Source: Cycas panzhihuaensis (lineage: Eukaryota; Plantae; Cycadophyta). From it: a DNA stretch of 64,000 bases. Within the stretch, counting starts at the first letter, position 1. Each line of letters starts with the position of its first letter. The notes beneath the pieces were generated by a model. The model searched no databases and was not told where the DNA came from. It saw only the letters and a program-made list of their open reading frames with translations. Positions 13,201 through 26,600 of the stretch are shown one piece after another. The stretch covers positions 227,237,741 through 227,301,740 of the forward strand of contig CM041465.1 in assembly GCA_023213395.1 (NCBI GenBank). Reading direction: 5' to 3'. Both the position numbers and the translations under genes were made by a program.

Positions 13201-15549
13201 TTCTAAATTTTCTCACTTGTATAGTTTTGTAAGTTCTACATTCTAATGGTTGCCACATGTCTATGATCCAACAGTTATTGTATGTCTACCACTCACAATC
13301 TTACTTCTCCAAAGGCTTCTTTTGAGTCTCACTCTTATGAGATTCCACCCTATGAAGCTATTGTGATATTTCCACGTATTCTCTAATCCAACACCAGTGA
13401 CTTAATTTGTATTTCACTCATTCACAAATTTATATTTCCAACTTTCTTTTTTATGTGATCGACTCAAATATGAAATAACAATGGATCTGACACATCCCAT
13501 GATCCTATAGTAGTGATTCCTTTGTAGTCTACTCCCTCGTAACACTTCCATTCTCCATCACTTTTCTAAGTGATCAACCCATTTGTGAATGCCTCCTAGT
13601 TAACGCTACATATTCTTATGACCAACAATTACAATTACCTTGCACTTATGCCTCCTCACAAATTTTAATATTCTCAAAAGGTTAGGTAGAACAAAGCCAC
13701 TTCTTACGAAATGTAATTCACAAAGCCATAAACACTTCATGAATACTTAACTTTATAAATATTTCTACTAAAACACCAACCTATAAAGTATTCTACAATC
13801 AAAATCTCCTACTTATAACTACAATACATATATATAGTGATGTTATTACATCAATTTTGATGGCTATTTCTGTGCTCATTTATGATAACAGAAAATTTAA
13901 AATAAAGTATACATATGGTAAAATGTCACATCAATAGTAGAATGCAATTTGCATTTATGGTAGCAAATTAAATGCTTTAGAATTAATTTTGCATTTTTGA
14001 AATTGCGTAAATAATTCACATTTGGAATATCTTATATAGATGGTTGTAAGAATTACAACAAGCTAAAGGATTCAATAATATTACTTGAAACAAAGAATGG
14101 TTCATTAAAGAGTTTAATAAAGATATTAACCACATAACACACTAAAATATTTGTAGGACTCAAAAATTTTATAAGTGTTGATGATACATGTATGTAAAGG
14201 ATTTTCTAATAGACTAGTAGACATAATGGCTAGTTATCCATATGTTTCAGTAGATGGTTGACTATTTATGAGTATTAATAAATTCATTCAAAAAAAGTAA
14301 AAATGCAAATGAAGAACACTTGAAACAACTCATACAATGAATACAAAGTTTGAGATAGTGTTGGAAAATAATATTTAATTCATGGTTAATATATGATTAT
14401 TATAATTATTCAATTACTTATCTCTCAAATATTGAACAAGAGGTGCACACTTGTATAGACTCTTAATATATGAACATTATTAAATTATGTAATTAAAAGC
14501 TCACACTATATATTCTTATAGGTTATTTAAGAGGTTTTCCAATTTTATTAATCCTCTATGAGGTAATTTTTTTCTATAAATATGTGCGTGTTTTAATGTA
14601 ATCGATAAAAATTGATTATTCGTCTAATTTCTTTTATATTTTGTATTGGTGCATATTTCATCTTTTTTTATTATGGCATCATAGCTTTTTGTATATTTTT
14701 AATATAATATTAATAATTTTATTCAAATACTTCTAACATCATGCTATGATACCTCTTACAATAATCTTTTAAGGTTGCATGTTAATTTCACTAATAAAAA
14801 TGGCAAAATACTCGAATGTTATAAATTATTAAAAGTTGCAAGTAATATAATATTAGTAATAACTTTCAATTATATTAGTAAGTATTGAAAATAATAACAA
14901 ATATAACAATACATAAAGAAATAAAAATAATGAAAGATATGATCATTCACAGTACAATAAAATAGTATCTAATAGTAGATCTTATTTCTATTACAAAGCA
15001 TCTATCGAATAATTGAATATCAACTACAATTTATGTCTCTCTTTGAGGCTATGGAACCTCCAAAAATAATAGCTCCTTATGAAGAAGAAAAAAGAAGATA
15101 ACTTCTAAAACTAATTATTTTAAATGGCCCATGTATTCTTTATACATGGTTGCACATCCAAATCATTAATTATTTTTTTCTATGGCCATCTTTATAACAA
15201 TCAATAATTTAAAATAAACTCATCTTTCAATAATTTATATTTATAACTACAAACTTAAAAGTAATATTACACTTTTATATGGTTTTTATTTGGGGCCAAC
15301 GACCACTTGTTTCGAAGCCAATGAAAAGTTCTATGACACAATTCGTGTTTCACAACTTGATTTGATTTTATTTAATACCATAACTGCAAAATAATTAATA
15401 TCTATTATTTCTTTTAAATTATCTTGGTCTATTGCGGAGGTAAGCATGTAATAAATTTTGAATAGAAGAATAATATTATTTAACATAAAGGAAGAATATC
15501 TATCGCTAATATACAAGTTTAAGGAGGTAGTATTGAAGGACTATAAATC

Positions 15550-16790
15550 ATTTTCCATAAAAGCTCATACTAGAATATTTATGACATATTGCTAAATTCA
15601 ATCATTATTTTATTAGAAGGCAGTGAAGGAAGAAAATATAGAGATTATAACAAAATGTAAAATATGTTAAGAGTTTAAAAAGTACAAAGTAGCCAGGGTT
15701 ACAGTAGTCGTTATCGATATCAAAGCAAAGATAGGGAAAAAATTCAATGGATTTCATAGGGCTTCCCAACTTAGAGAATAAGGATGCAATGTCGATAGTA
15801 GTAGAACATCTTATATTGTCATTAAATATGCTGCCATTTTCATGGGGTTCAATGCAATTATAAAGCAACTCAAATAATTGAAACCTTCATTATAGAAATG
15901 TGTCATAGCAAGTAATTAAGGCCCAAAACTCACTAACAACTTCCAGAAGGAATTGTTCAATGCGGTCAGTATCAAGTCAACGATGAGTACTATATAACAG
16001 TAGCAAACGAATGATCAAACAAAGGTAGTAATAAATATCTCAAAAGCTATTTACGAAGTTTCACCTTAGATATACAAAGTCATCAACACACATGGTTACA
16101 TATAGCAAAATGGTGGTACACTAGCACCTACCATTGAGCACCCAAGATGACTCCATTTGAGGCCCTTTATGGATAATCCACTATCAACCATCAGCATACT
16201 AACATGAGCAAAGGCCTTTACAGTAAAATAACAACTAAAATTGATGGAAGAAACAATGCATATATTTAAAGATAAGTTTAATATATAACAAGAAACTAGA
16301 AGAATTAGTAGGAGGAATTGTCATGTTTTAAAAAACACTATGAAGTAGGAAATTAGGTACACTTTAAGGTTGCAAACTTACAAGCACGTGGCGAGGAGGA
16401 AAGCTGGCAAGAAAAAGTCACAATCGAAGTTTTGTAGACCATTTTAGGTCCTTAGAAGAATTGGAGAAGTTGCTTACAAGTTCAAGCTAATCATTGAAAA
16501 AATCCACAACATTTTTCATGCATCTTTTTTGGAAGAGAAAAAAGATGGAGAAAAACATAACAACTCAAACAACACTACTAGACTTAAATGAGAAAGGTCA
16601 TCTCATAGTCGAACTAGAAAGAATAATGGAGATTTAAACTCAAACACTACAGCATTGAATAATCATTGAATATGTAATCAGCTGGAAGAACCCATACAAG
16701 GAACATGGAAAGATGAATAGTGGTGGCAACAAAAACCTCAACCCCCATGCTTTGTGGGCAATGCATTTTATAGACGGGAGAGTTGTAGCA
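15550..16790 (+). mobile_element. Degenerate Ty3/Gypsy fragment: integrase, chromodomain-like C-terminus and PPT
   Basis: SMDFIGLP (about 15745), WLHIAKWWYTSTYH*APKMTPFEALYG (16093-16175), RIGEVAYK and IHNIFHAS (16455-16525), EYVISWKN (about 16670), purine tract agacgggagag then TGTAG at 16784. Confidence 0.8.
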
Positions 16791-17766
16791 TTCCAATTCC
16801 TCAAGGCTGACTTCACATTAGAGAATCAATTATTATGGGGATAGCTTCTATATTTATGAATCGTGCAATCTATTAGAAGACAACGACTCGTGTACTTCTC
16901 TGATTTGCTCTTTTGATGAGAAGGCCAACATGGAGAATCCTTTCTTCAAAAAGGGACAAATGCAAATTTCATAGCCATTTGATCTATTATTTGTTAATAT
17001 TCATTATTTCTTTGTTTTGATCTTTGAGATATTATTTTATTATTAGTAGTAGCAAACATTATTAGTATCATTTTGTTATCTGCTCTTTGTTCAACCTCTA
17101 TTGTGCATCAGCGTTAAGAATACTATTATCTTTTATTACCCAATTCTTAAGTTAAGTGGGCTCATAACTGTACAAAGCTTAAAATGGGATTATTTCAATA
17201 GACATAAGGTAAGTGGGCTTGTGTCAAACCTCATCCAAATCTAAACACTTGAACCATGAACCCTATTTATAAGCCACATAATGTATTGGCCCTACCACAA
17301 TTTGATGCTAGGAGGATCTTCCCCCAGATAGAATACTCTCAAAAGGCAAAAACCTAAATGCAGAATAACTATCCCAATATATGATTTTTACTATGCCCTA
17401 AACCTACTCATATGTGTTACTACCTATAGGATGAATTCCCTATAATACTATTATTCATAGCAGTGAGGGATTAGACCATGCCTTCCATTCTTAAAATATT
17501 TATCCTGGAAGCTTTGTTGTTTCAATAGCTTGTTTCTCTTAAAAAAATTAGAATAATCAGAACTAGAGATTTCTCTCCACTGTGCATTCTCTGTAACAAT
17601 ATATATTCCTCCTCTTAGTATTTAGTTTCAGTCTGTGATTCAGTGTATAGTTGCAGGTTTCAGGTCACATTAATATGTCAATTAAGATATCATTATATTC
17701 CAAAGACTGGCAATGGACCTGTAACAATAAATTTCACAACCCGCAAGAATGACTAGAATGAATGCA

Positions 17767-17809
17767 TATATCTATCTATCTATCTATATATATATATATA
17801 TATATATAT
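17767..17809. repeat. Compound (TATC)n(TA)n microsatellite
   Basis: Direct reading. Confidence 0.9.
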
Positions 17810-18831
17810 CAATCACAAGTATAATTGGGAACCATGGAACATTATGTTATGTTATGCTATATTATACTAAACTATATTATGGTGTACATTCCAAATTCCT
17901 CGTCTTATGAAATTTACCATATCCATACCTGCAAACTACAAATTCCAAGGGCTGAATTGGATTCTCTGAACCCTTGTTCCCTTCTTCCCCCCTTCTCCTA
18001 TATTTAGAAGCTGCTCCTTGACCATTACGCATCACAGTGATGTCCCATATAGATGTTATGCCCCATGAATGAGATTTATGATTGATAGATTTCAAATTTA
18101 GTATCATGTCAAAGAAGTAAGCACTCAGTCTAGGCCGTTGCATATCAAATATTTAACAGCATATGCTTATAAACCATAATGAATCATGAATCTCATTACC
18201 CCACAGCCTGGGGCATTTACTACACCCAGTTCACTTTATTATACTTATTCCAAATAGGTGTGACATTGTGCACAAACTTCTTATTTGCACTTGCATTGAG
18301 GTCCAACACAAACCTGAACTTACACTTCATGCATGTCTAACTTTGTCACCCATATCCCAGGTTATAAAGTCTTAATAGATAGCAAAGGTATTTGCCCTGA
18401 CTGAATGTGTCATGATCTAACACAAAGACTAGAAACCAGGTTCCAAAAACTACACTTACTAAAAGTCCCAGTCTACCAAAGTAGAGTTAGTTGTAATAGA
18501 CCTAAATAGGCCTAAGCCCATCCTAAATAAATGATAATAAATTAAGAATATAATTAATTAGAGTTGATGGATAGGTGTGCCTAGTATTTGATAAGATGCA
18601 TCCTTTCATATAGTTTAATATGTATTTTTTCTTCGCATCAAAGAGTTCAGACACTTGTCAATTGAAAAATATTTGTGAATTCTGCACTTAAAACCTTTGG
18701 GCTAATCTTCAGATCACTGCAACTCTTCGGCACTTATTTAATTCGTACCCTTTATTTAGGATGGAGTTAGGCCTATTTAGCTGTGTTCCATTGATTATAA
18801 ATTTTTTGTCTATTGCTTGTTTTACTTAGTA

Positions 18832-19150
18832 TCACCAATAATTCCAACAAGAACACAACCCATCCTTGAAATGATGGAAGCAGATTGTGTCCCTCAAAAC
18901 AATTCTTCGTCCACCATTCTGGGAAATGAACTTTATGGCAGAATGGCAGTAACCGCGCACATGAAGGTTCTTGAAATTTTGGATTGATTTATCTATGGTT
19001 GCATTCATAAGCCCAAAAGCAAAGGTCAATTTTTCACCGTGGTCACAGAGAAATTGTTTCTTCTGCTGTTCCTCCACATCATGTAGCACAAAGTGTGTTC
19101 CGTACATACCCTGCCTCCTTTATCTGCTCACTCAACACCTCCAACTCTGC
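18832..19150 (-). pseudogene. Out-of-frame, degenerate DYW cytidine deaminase domain of the PPR gene
   Basis: AELEVLSEQIKEAGYVRNT in one frame, then HFVLHDVEE..HGEKL..KNLHVRGYCH..FHHFKDGLCSCWNYW* in another; frameshifts at about 19150/19151 and 19093-19099. Confidence 0.92.
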
Positions 19151-21593
19151 AAATCTCCTCTCTTTGTGAGTGTGATTTGTCACTAACAACAAAAGTATTC
19201 ACCCTGTTGTTGATCTCAATCCAGCTGCATCCCGGGTCCTTTCTAACCCCTCTCTCTTTCATCATTTTTCTCACCTTTTCTGCATCATCCCAATGTCCAG
19301 CTGCAGCATAAATGTTCGAAAGTAGCACATACATTGCAGGATCTTGTGGTTCCCGAACAAGAATATGTTCTGCCACACGTTTTCCTAGTTCCATATTACC
19401 GTGCATTCTACATGCACCAAGCAATGTGCGCCACACCAAGGCACTGGGTTCAAATGGCATTTTATTTTTAAAGTTCTCCGCCTCATACAGGTGCCCAGCA
19501 CGGCCAAGAAGGTCAACCATACAAGCATAGTGGTCCATTATTGGAGCAATACCATGATCTTGACTCATGGAATTAAAGTACTTCCAACCTTCATCTACTA
19601 AGCCTCCATGGCTGCATGCAGAGAGAACACCAATAAAGGTGATGCCATTTGGCTTAATCCCTTTCTGATGCATTTGGTTGAAGAGTTGGAGGACTGCAGT
19701 TGCAAGCCCATGCTGGGCACACCCTGCAATCATTGCATTCCATGAAACAACAGCCCGTTCTGGCATTCTATCAAACATTTCAAAAGCATCCTTTATGCTT
19801 CCACATTTGGCGTACATGGTAACAATAGCATTCCTGACACCGATGTCCACGTCAAGACCTGCTTTGATGATATTGGCATGGACCTGCTTACCTTCTTTCA
19901 TGGCTGCTAAACTGCCACACGCACCAAGTACACTTGTAAAAGTCAACTGATTTGGCTTTACACTTGCTTGTTGCATTTTGCAAAAGAGTTTAAGGGTTTC
20001 CTCTCCACACCCATTCCGGGCATATCCTGCAATCATTCCAGTCCAGGAGACCACATTATGTTCAGGCATTTTGTTAAACACTTTGTTCGCATCGACCACA
20101 TTCCAGCACTTCAAATACATATCTGCAAGGGCACTTCCAACACAAAGGTGTGATTCAAATCCAGTCTTGGCAATGTGCCCGTGAATCTGTTTGCCATGTT
20201 CAACAGCCGCTACACTGGCACATGCATGGATGACACTAGTGAAGGTGACTTGAGATAACTTTATGCCTGTCTGTTGCATTTGGGAAAAGAGGTTCAAAGC
20301 TTTCCAACCATGACCATTCTGAGCATATCCCGCAATCATTGCATTCCATGAAACCACATTTCGTTCGGGCATTTGTTCAAAGAGCTGGGTAGCCGCCTTG
20401 CAACATCCATGTTGCATATATCCTGTAATCATTGCAGTCCATGTAACGATATCTCGCTGAGGCATTTTATCAAACACACCGCGTGCATCCTCAAGGCTTC
20501 CGGATTTGGCATACAACGTAATCAGAGCATTTCCTACAATTATGTCATACGTGTATTCAGTTTTAATAATGTGAGCATGGATCTGCTTGCCATGTACCAG
20601 GGCCGCTTGGCTGGAGCTTGCACTCAGGACACTTGAGAATGTGATTTGGTTAGCCTTTACCCCAGCCCTTTGCATTTGACAAAAGAGCTTGAGCGACTCA
20701 TCAGACTGTCCGTGCTGGGCATATCCGGTGGCCATGGCGTTCCACGAGACAACATTTCGTTTATGCATTTTATCAAACACTTTGCAAGCACCTTCTATAC
20801 TACCACATTTTGCATACATATCAACAAGGGTGTTCCCAACGCAGACATGTAACCCAAATCTCGTTTTGATGGCATAGGCTTGAATTTGCGTGCCCAGGTC
20901 CAGACAGGTTAACCCAGTACATACCCCAAGCGCACTGGAGAACGTGAACTGGTTCGGCTCCCTTCCTTCAGATTGCATTTGGCAAAAGAGATTAAGAGCC
21001 TCAATACCCCGCTTATTCTGCGAATAACCTGCAATCATTGCATTCCATGAAACTATGTTTCTTTCAGGCATTTTGTCAAACACTTGGCGTGCCTCTGCTA
21101 CATGTCTGCTCTTTGCATAAAAATTGACGAGTTCGTTTCCCAGAAAGATGTCCGAGTGAAATCCAGCTTTGACCACGTGTGCATGGACCTGCTGCCCCTC
21201 GCTCAGGGCTTTAGTATCGGTGCATTCTCGCAAAATTAGACCAAAGCTCTTTGAATTTGCCTGTAGGCCTCCTTGGGTAGCAAGATACAAACTCGTGCTC
21301 AAATCCTCGTCTAAATTTTCTGTGGATTTCCCTCTGAATACAATGGTGATGGCAAAGGTGCCGAGATCTATTCTCCTTCCGCTACTGTGATGTCCAACAA
21401 ACAACTGGGTGTAACTCCAAGGTTGAAAGAAAGTAGAAACATTTGTGGGTTGTTTCAGTGGCTTAACCAGAACGGTAGGACTGGGCAACGTTGGTAAGGG
21501 TGCCTTGTGAAATGATTGGGAATGAGAATTAATTCCCTGCTTCTCGTGGGCTTGGCTAATCAAAGTAGTAGACGTGGACCAGAACAATGCCAT
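19128..21593 (-). CDS. PLS-class pentatricopeptide repeat protein (organellar C-to-U editing factor), 821 aa, ending after E1-E2-PG box
   Basis: Single open frame with repeated P-L-S triplets ([42 protein letters not shown]), E1/E2 ([24 protein letters not shown]) and PG box (PGCSWIE). The Ser/Thr/Pro-rich N-terminus suggests organellar targeting. Whether it is expressed is unknown. Confidence 0.93.
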   Translation of the reverse strand: [821 protein letters not shown]

Positions 21594-23651
21594 GGCATGG
21601 CAAACCTTTCAGTAGATCTGCAGATGTGTTCTGAAGTAAACGACATTTATCTCAGCGTCTTCCAGACATTTGATGCTTGGTCACCGGAAGATAATTCCAT
21701 CCTTACAAGGCGTGTATGCCTACTCAACCACCTGTTCAATAAGTCTTAACGGTTGGCAACCAAAATTTCTTTCCAAATAAATTGAATAGTTATATTATTT
21801 AAGTTCTCCATTAAACCATACACATAAATAATAAAAGATTTCAACAAATGATCATAAAGTTTATTGGACAAATGTTTAGTTATCTAATTCAAGAAGCAAG
21901 AACTACAGTCTACGTTAAAAAGACTTCCTTGGGTTTTTAATGAAACTATTATCTTAGATGCATGAGAAGTATGAAAAAACTTTCACGCTTGGAAGATTTA
22001 ATTAATCATTTAGTATGGTGTTATGGTTTTGTTGCTTTAATGTTGCACTTGGTGTGTATCTGAATAACTACTAAAATTAGACAATATGGGTATAGTTGAA
22101 TTTTACTCACTCTTCAAAATACACCCATAGGTAGGTCCTTCATTGAAAAGCCTCGAGATTTCCCATATAGCAACTTTAACTAATCAAATGTGTTTGAAAA
22201 TCTTGATAAAGTAGCACAATGTGTGGGGATGTGTGTCCACCCCGCCCATAACTCTTTGTTGCATAATTATGGTAATGAGGATTCAAGGGCTCTATTAAGG
22301 GCCATAGGCAAGTATAGTTGCCAAGTCCCACAATAATGTATCATCTTTGCCTCGACAAAGGATCTTACTTGGTTAAAAAAATTTGGGCTATGTTTCTACA
22401 AGATTCTCTCTTGCCATTAGGGCCAACTTAGGTGTTCTAGTTTTACTGGAAAGCCAATGTTATTGACTACCATCTTCACCCTCAAATTCTCTAGCCTAGA
22501 CACTACTTTGTGAGAAAAATAACAAACAAAATTACAATTTTGAGAATTTATAATGGAAATAAATATGTACAACTAAATTTTAAAAAACATGTGTTTTATC
22601 ATAAAAGAAATTAGTAACTAGGTGAAAGTAAAGGCCAAAAAAAGGGTGGGGAATGAATACACGTTAAGAATTTTATTTTGTTTCATATTGAGATATAACA
22701 AGAAAATTCAACCAAAAATCCTAAATTGAAACATGAGTGAAAATTTGATTTGCAAACCTAAAGAAGCAAATTATGAATATTGACTTGTGTATGTAAGTTA
22801 TTTAAATTAAGAATACAAATTGATACAAATTATGTAAAACCATAATTAAATGGACGTAGTCCTTTCGTAGAGGATTAATACATACGTTCATTTGTCTTTT
22901 ATCTAAAAGAGAAGGAAAAACTTTTTACAAATCGAAATACAAATACAATGTGATGTAATGATTAGTTGTTTCCCTACATGTAATGATACAATTCCTTATT
23001 TGTTTTATTTTTAATCCACTTTTTACACTTCTTTTCAAAAAGATATGTGCATGCAATACTTTATCAACCCTAAATGTGAATTGTATTCAAACCCATAAAT
23101 CACATTAATAAAGTACAATATCACATATGCATATGTATACACACACTTGTGTGTGTGTGCATATGTAAGTAGATCTAATAATAAAATTCATGTTTATGAT
23201 GGAGAAGATCAACCACTAACCTATTTTCTTATTTTGGTGGATTCACATCCTAATTCCAAAGTATTTGACACCTAGCAAGCCATTGTTATATTGTTATTCT
23301 ATTATGTAGTATGGGTTGCATCTCTCCCTTAACACGCAAACTTTTACTTTGTATTCCTTTATTAGCAACTCTCCATGAATATTTAATGCTTTTAGTATAA
23401 TTTTCTTCTCCTCTAAAATTCTTATTATAATATTCCTCTTATGCCCTCTCATCCATAAATGTTAATGCTAAGAATGTTTGGGCCATTGGGAAGTTGGGAA
23501 TACTTGTGGGTAAAGTTTTCCAATTTGGCTAAGGTTTTTTCTAAAATTTTGTTATGTTGTTAGCTAATAATCTTTGTCAAGTTTTCTCTAATAGGCCAAG
23601 GACCTCTTAAGTAAATGGGCTTTATTTAATAAATTTTATTTTATTTTGGCA

Positions 23652-26600
23652 TTTTTTTTTAAGATAAAAAGATATCATTAAATTGTAAACTTAATATAAT
23701 ACAAAGAGCTAGAAGACCTAGAAGTTAGAAGGGCATGCTAACCCATTCTTTGACATGTAAAGCACTCAAAATAACAAAATCAGAATGTATATTTTTCTTC
23801 AACCTTTTGCGAAGAGAAGTGAAACAAGAATTATGAGATAACCGAAGTAGAATATCCTTTCTTATGTGCCCAAAAATTTGATTAAAGGGCGGGCCAACTT
23901 TTTGAAAGTAGGTTGTAGTACGAATTTTCTAAATTTCATGCAGAGTGGTTTTAAGGAGAAGAAACCAAAGGTCTATCAAATGTTGGTGATTTTCAAGCCA
24001 AACATAAGTCGTAGCCCAACTACCTTTGATTAGCCAAGAATGAAGAGATAATTATCCATTGCAATTTTCGATGAAACCTTGGTCCAAATTGAAGATCTGA
24101 AAAGTAGTATACCAAATGTCCACCAAATGTGATCAAAACTATCATCTTGAGCACGATGGACTACATAGTATGATTGGTGATTCACATTCCACTAATCCCA
24201 AGTATCTTAGAATATAAAAGCCTTATGCAAGATCCTCTAGTGAAGTACATTATGCGTACATTGAGCTTATTTCCACCAAATCCATCTCCATTTTGCTTAA
24301 AGTTGAGCATGTCAAAATTGTTGACTATGCAGCAAGTAGTAAAAATCTGTGGATTTGAACACGTAACCCCTAAATAAAACCTAAGACCTTCATCCTTCTC
24401 AAGGTCCTTAGAGGCAATAAGAGGATAAACTTACCACATGAAAAAAATAAGATTATTTACCATTTGCAAAAGAAAAGGTTTAGGATGAGGGTTGAACTCT
24501 ATTAAGAGTTCAATAAAATCCTTCAAATAGAACTGATCAAAGTCATTAAATTGAGCCACAGTAAGCCAATTGTGAGAGATTAAAAAATGAGCTAGCAAAG
24601 CAAAATCTTGATGAGTAATTAAAAGGGAAAACTCAGGAGGTAACCACTTATCTTTCCAAAAATTGACCTAATGACCAGTAAAACCAGGAGAAAATATTAT
24701 ATTATGGTGAAGGATGTCACAAGCTACCACCATATAATTCTAAATAGGAGATCCTTTATTGAGGTAATTTGTAAAAGCTAATTGTTGTTTAACTAAAAGC
24801 TCAAAACAATACTTCCTCCTAACAGTACAAGCCCATTTATTATTCTCTCTACTCTAAAGGTCCCATAATTATTTAGCTCCTCTCACTTTTGCGAAATAAA
24901 GGGGTCTTATAACCAAGGCCACCTTGACCCTTATTGATCTGATACCATGCTCCATTTCACTGGGTGAAAGGTCTTCAAGTTGGTTGACCAAGGTTTCCAA
25001 AGAAATCTAATAAAGAGACTATAGGTCGTTGATAAAACAACTTTAGGAGCATGAATAATAGATATTAGATAGTTTGGTATTTGGGAGAGATTTGATTCTA
25101 TTAAGCTCCAGTGGCCTGCTAAATTAAGAGATCTTGTAGCCCAAGCATCCAAGTTCTTTTTAATTTTCTGGATGTAGGGACACCAATAAGAAATTTTTAA
25201 TCTTGAGAGGCCCATAGGAATATCTAAATATTTAAGAATAGTGGATCTAAGAGCAATAGGAACACTAAGAGTTGATGCCAGCATGGATTGTAACTCTATA
25301 CCCACTTCATTTAAGATGATAGTCGATTTGCTTTAATTGATTTTCATCCCTACAACAAGACTAAAGACACTAAGCACTTGACCCTGGATATTAATTTCTA
25401 CTTGAGAAGGGTGACCCAATAGAATGGTATCATCAACAAAAATTTGGTGTGTTGTAAACTTTGAGCCATCAATAAAAATACCTTGGAGAAGGCCTATTGA
25501 CTGGAGCCATAAAATAAGAGATGAGAGGCCCTTCATTAAAATTACAAAAAGGTAAGGTAATAAGGGACAACCTTGGCAAATACCTCTACTAGTATAGATA
25601 AGGCCATCAGTTGAGCCATTTATTTTTATAGCCATGGAAACTGAAGAAATCATTACTTTGATCTAGTTAATATGGCCAACTTGGAGAGCCTTTTGGGAGA
25701 GAATGACAAAAAGAAAATCCCATTCCACAATGTCATAAACTTTATTAATGTCTAATTTAAGTGAAACTGCTTGTTGCCTTTTGTCTAAATAGTATGGAGA
25801 ACCTTGGTGATTACAGTAATGATGTCTACTATACATCAACCTCTTATAAAAGTAGTTTGATTTTCATTGAAAACCTAAGGAAGAAATGTTTTGAGCCTAT
25901 TAGCTAAAACTTTAGTAATTACCTTATATGAACTATTACAAAGGCTTATGGGTCTCCATTGGTGAATAGTGGACGGAGTACCACTTTTAGCAATCAAAGA
26001 CACCATGGTTGCATTGATAGCAATGTTCAATCTGCCCATTCGTTGAACTTCTTCCACTACTTCAGCTAACAGTTAAGGTACCTTATCAGATTCTATAGCT
26101 AGTAAGAGCTCAATAGGCATTCCATCTGGAGTAGGAGATTTGCCTTTGGGAAGCTTCATCATGATTTTAAGAATCTCATCCTTAGTGATCAATTTATTAA
26201 GAGCATCATTGAGGTTTCTATACCATTCCTCTAAAATTAGGTTCACCTTTGAAAGAATAATTTGAAGAGCTCTGGCCCTGGTTAGTGAAAAACCCTGTGC
26301 GATCCACAGCCTGTCAAAATGATGGTAAAACTTAGCTTAGATTTTGTGATGCAAATAAGTGATTTCTGAAGGGGAAACCTGCAAATACTTCAAGGAATGT
26401 TGGTGTTGCATTGCTTTTGCATAGTGATTGAAATTTTTTGAATTCTGATCTGCATGAATTTTCCATTGAATATTTGACCATGCTTTCCATTTATCCTATT
26501 TCTACTTTTGCATAAGAAGAAGTTGTTCATTTAAATATGTGAGTCTTGATTAAAGATCAGTCGAACCTTTACCTTCTTCAAACTCTTTTTGTAAATCTCG

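Noticed and set aside
18832-19107. Stand-alone DYW donor gene or U-to-C editing variant
   Set aside because: The ATG is created by the frameshift, there is no targeting peptide, a zinc-ligand Cys is lost, and the changes look like decay.
18971-21749. Many short plus-strand ORFs
   Set aside because: They are antisense shadows of the PPR coding sequence.
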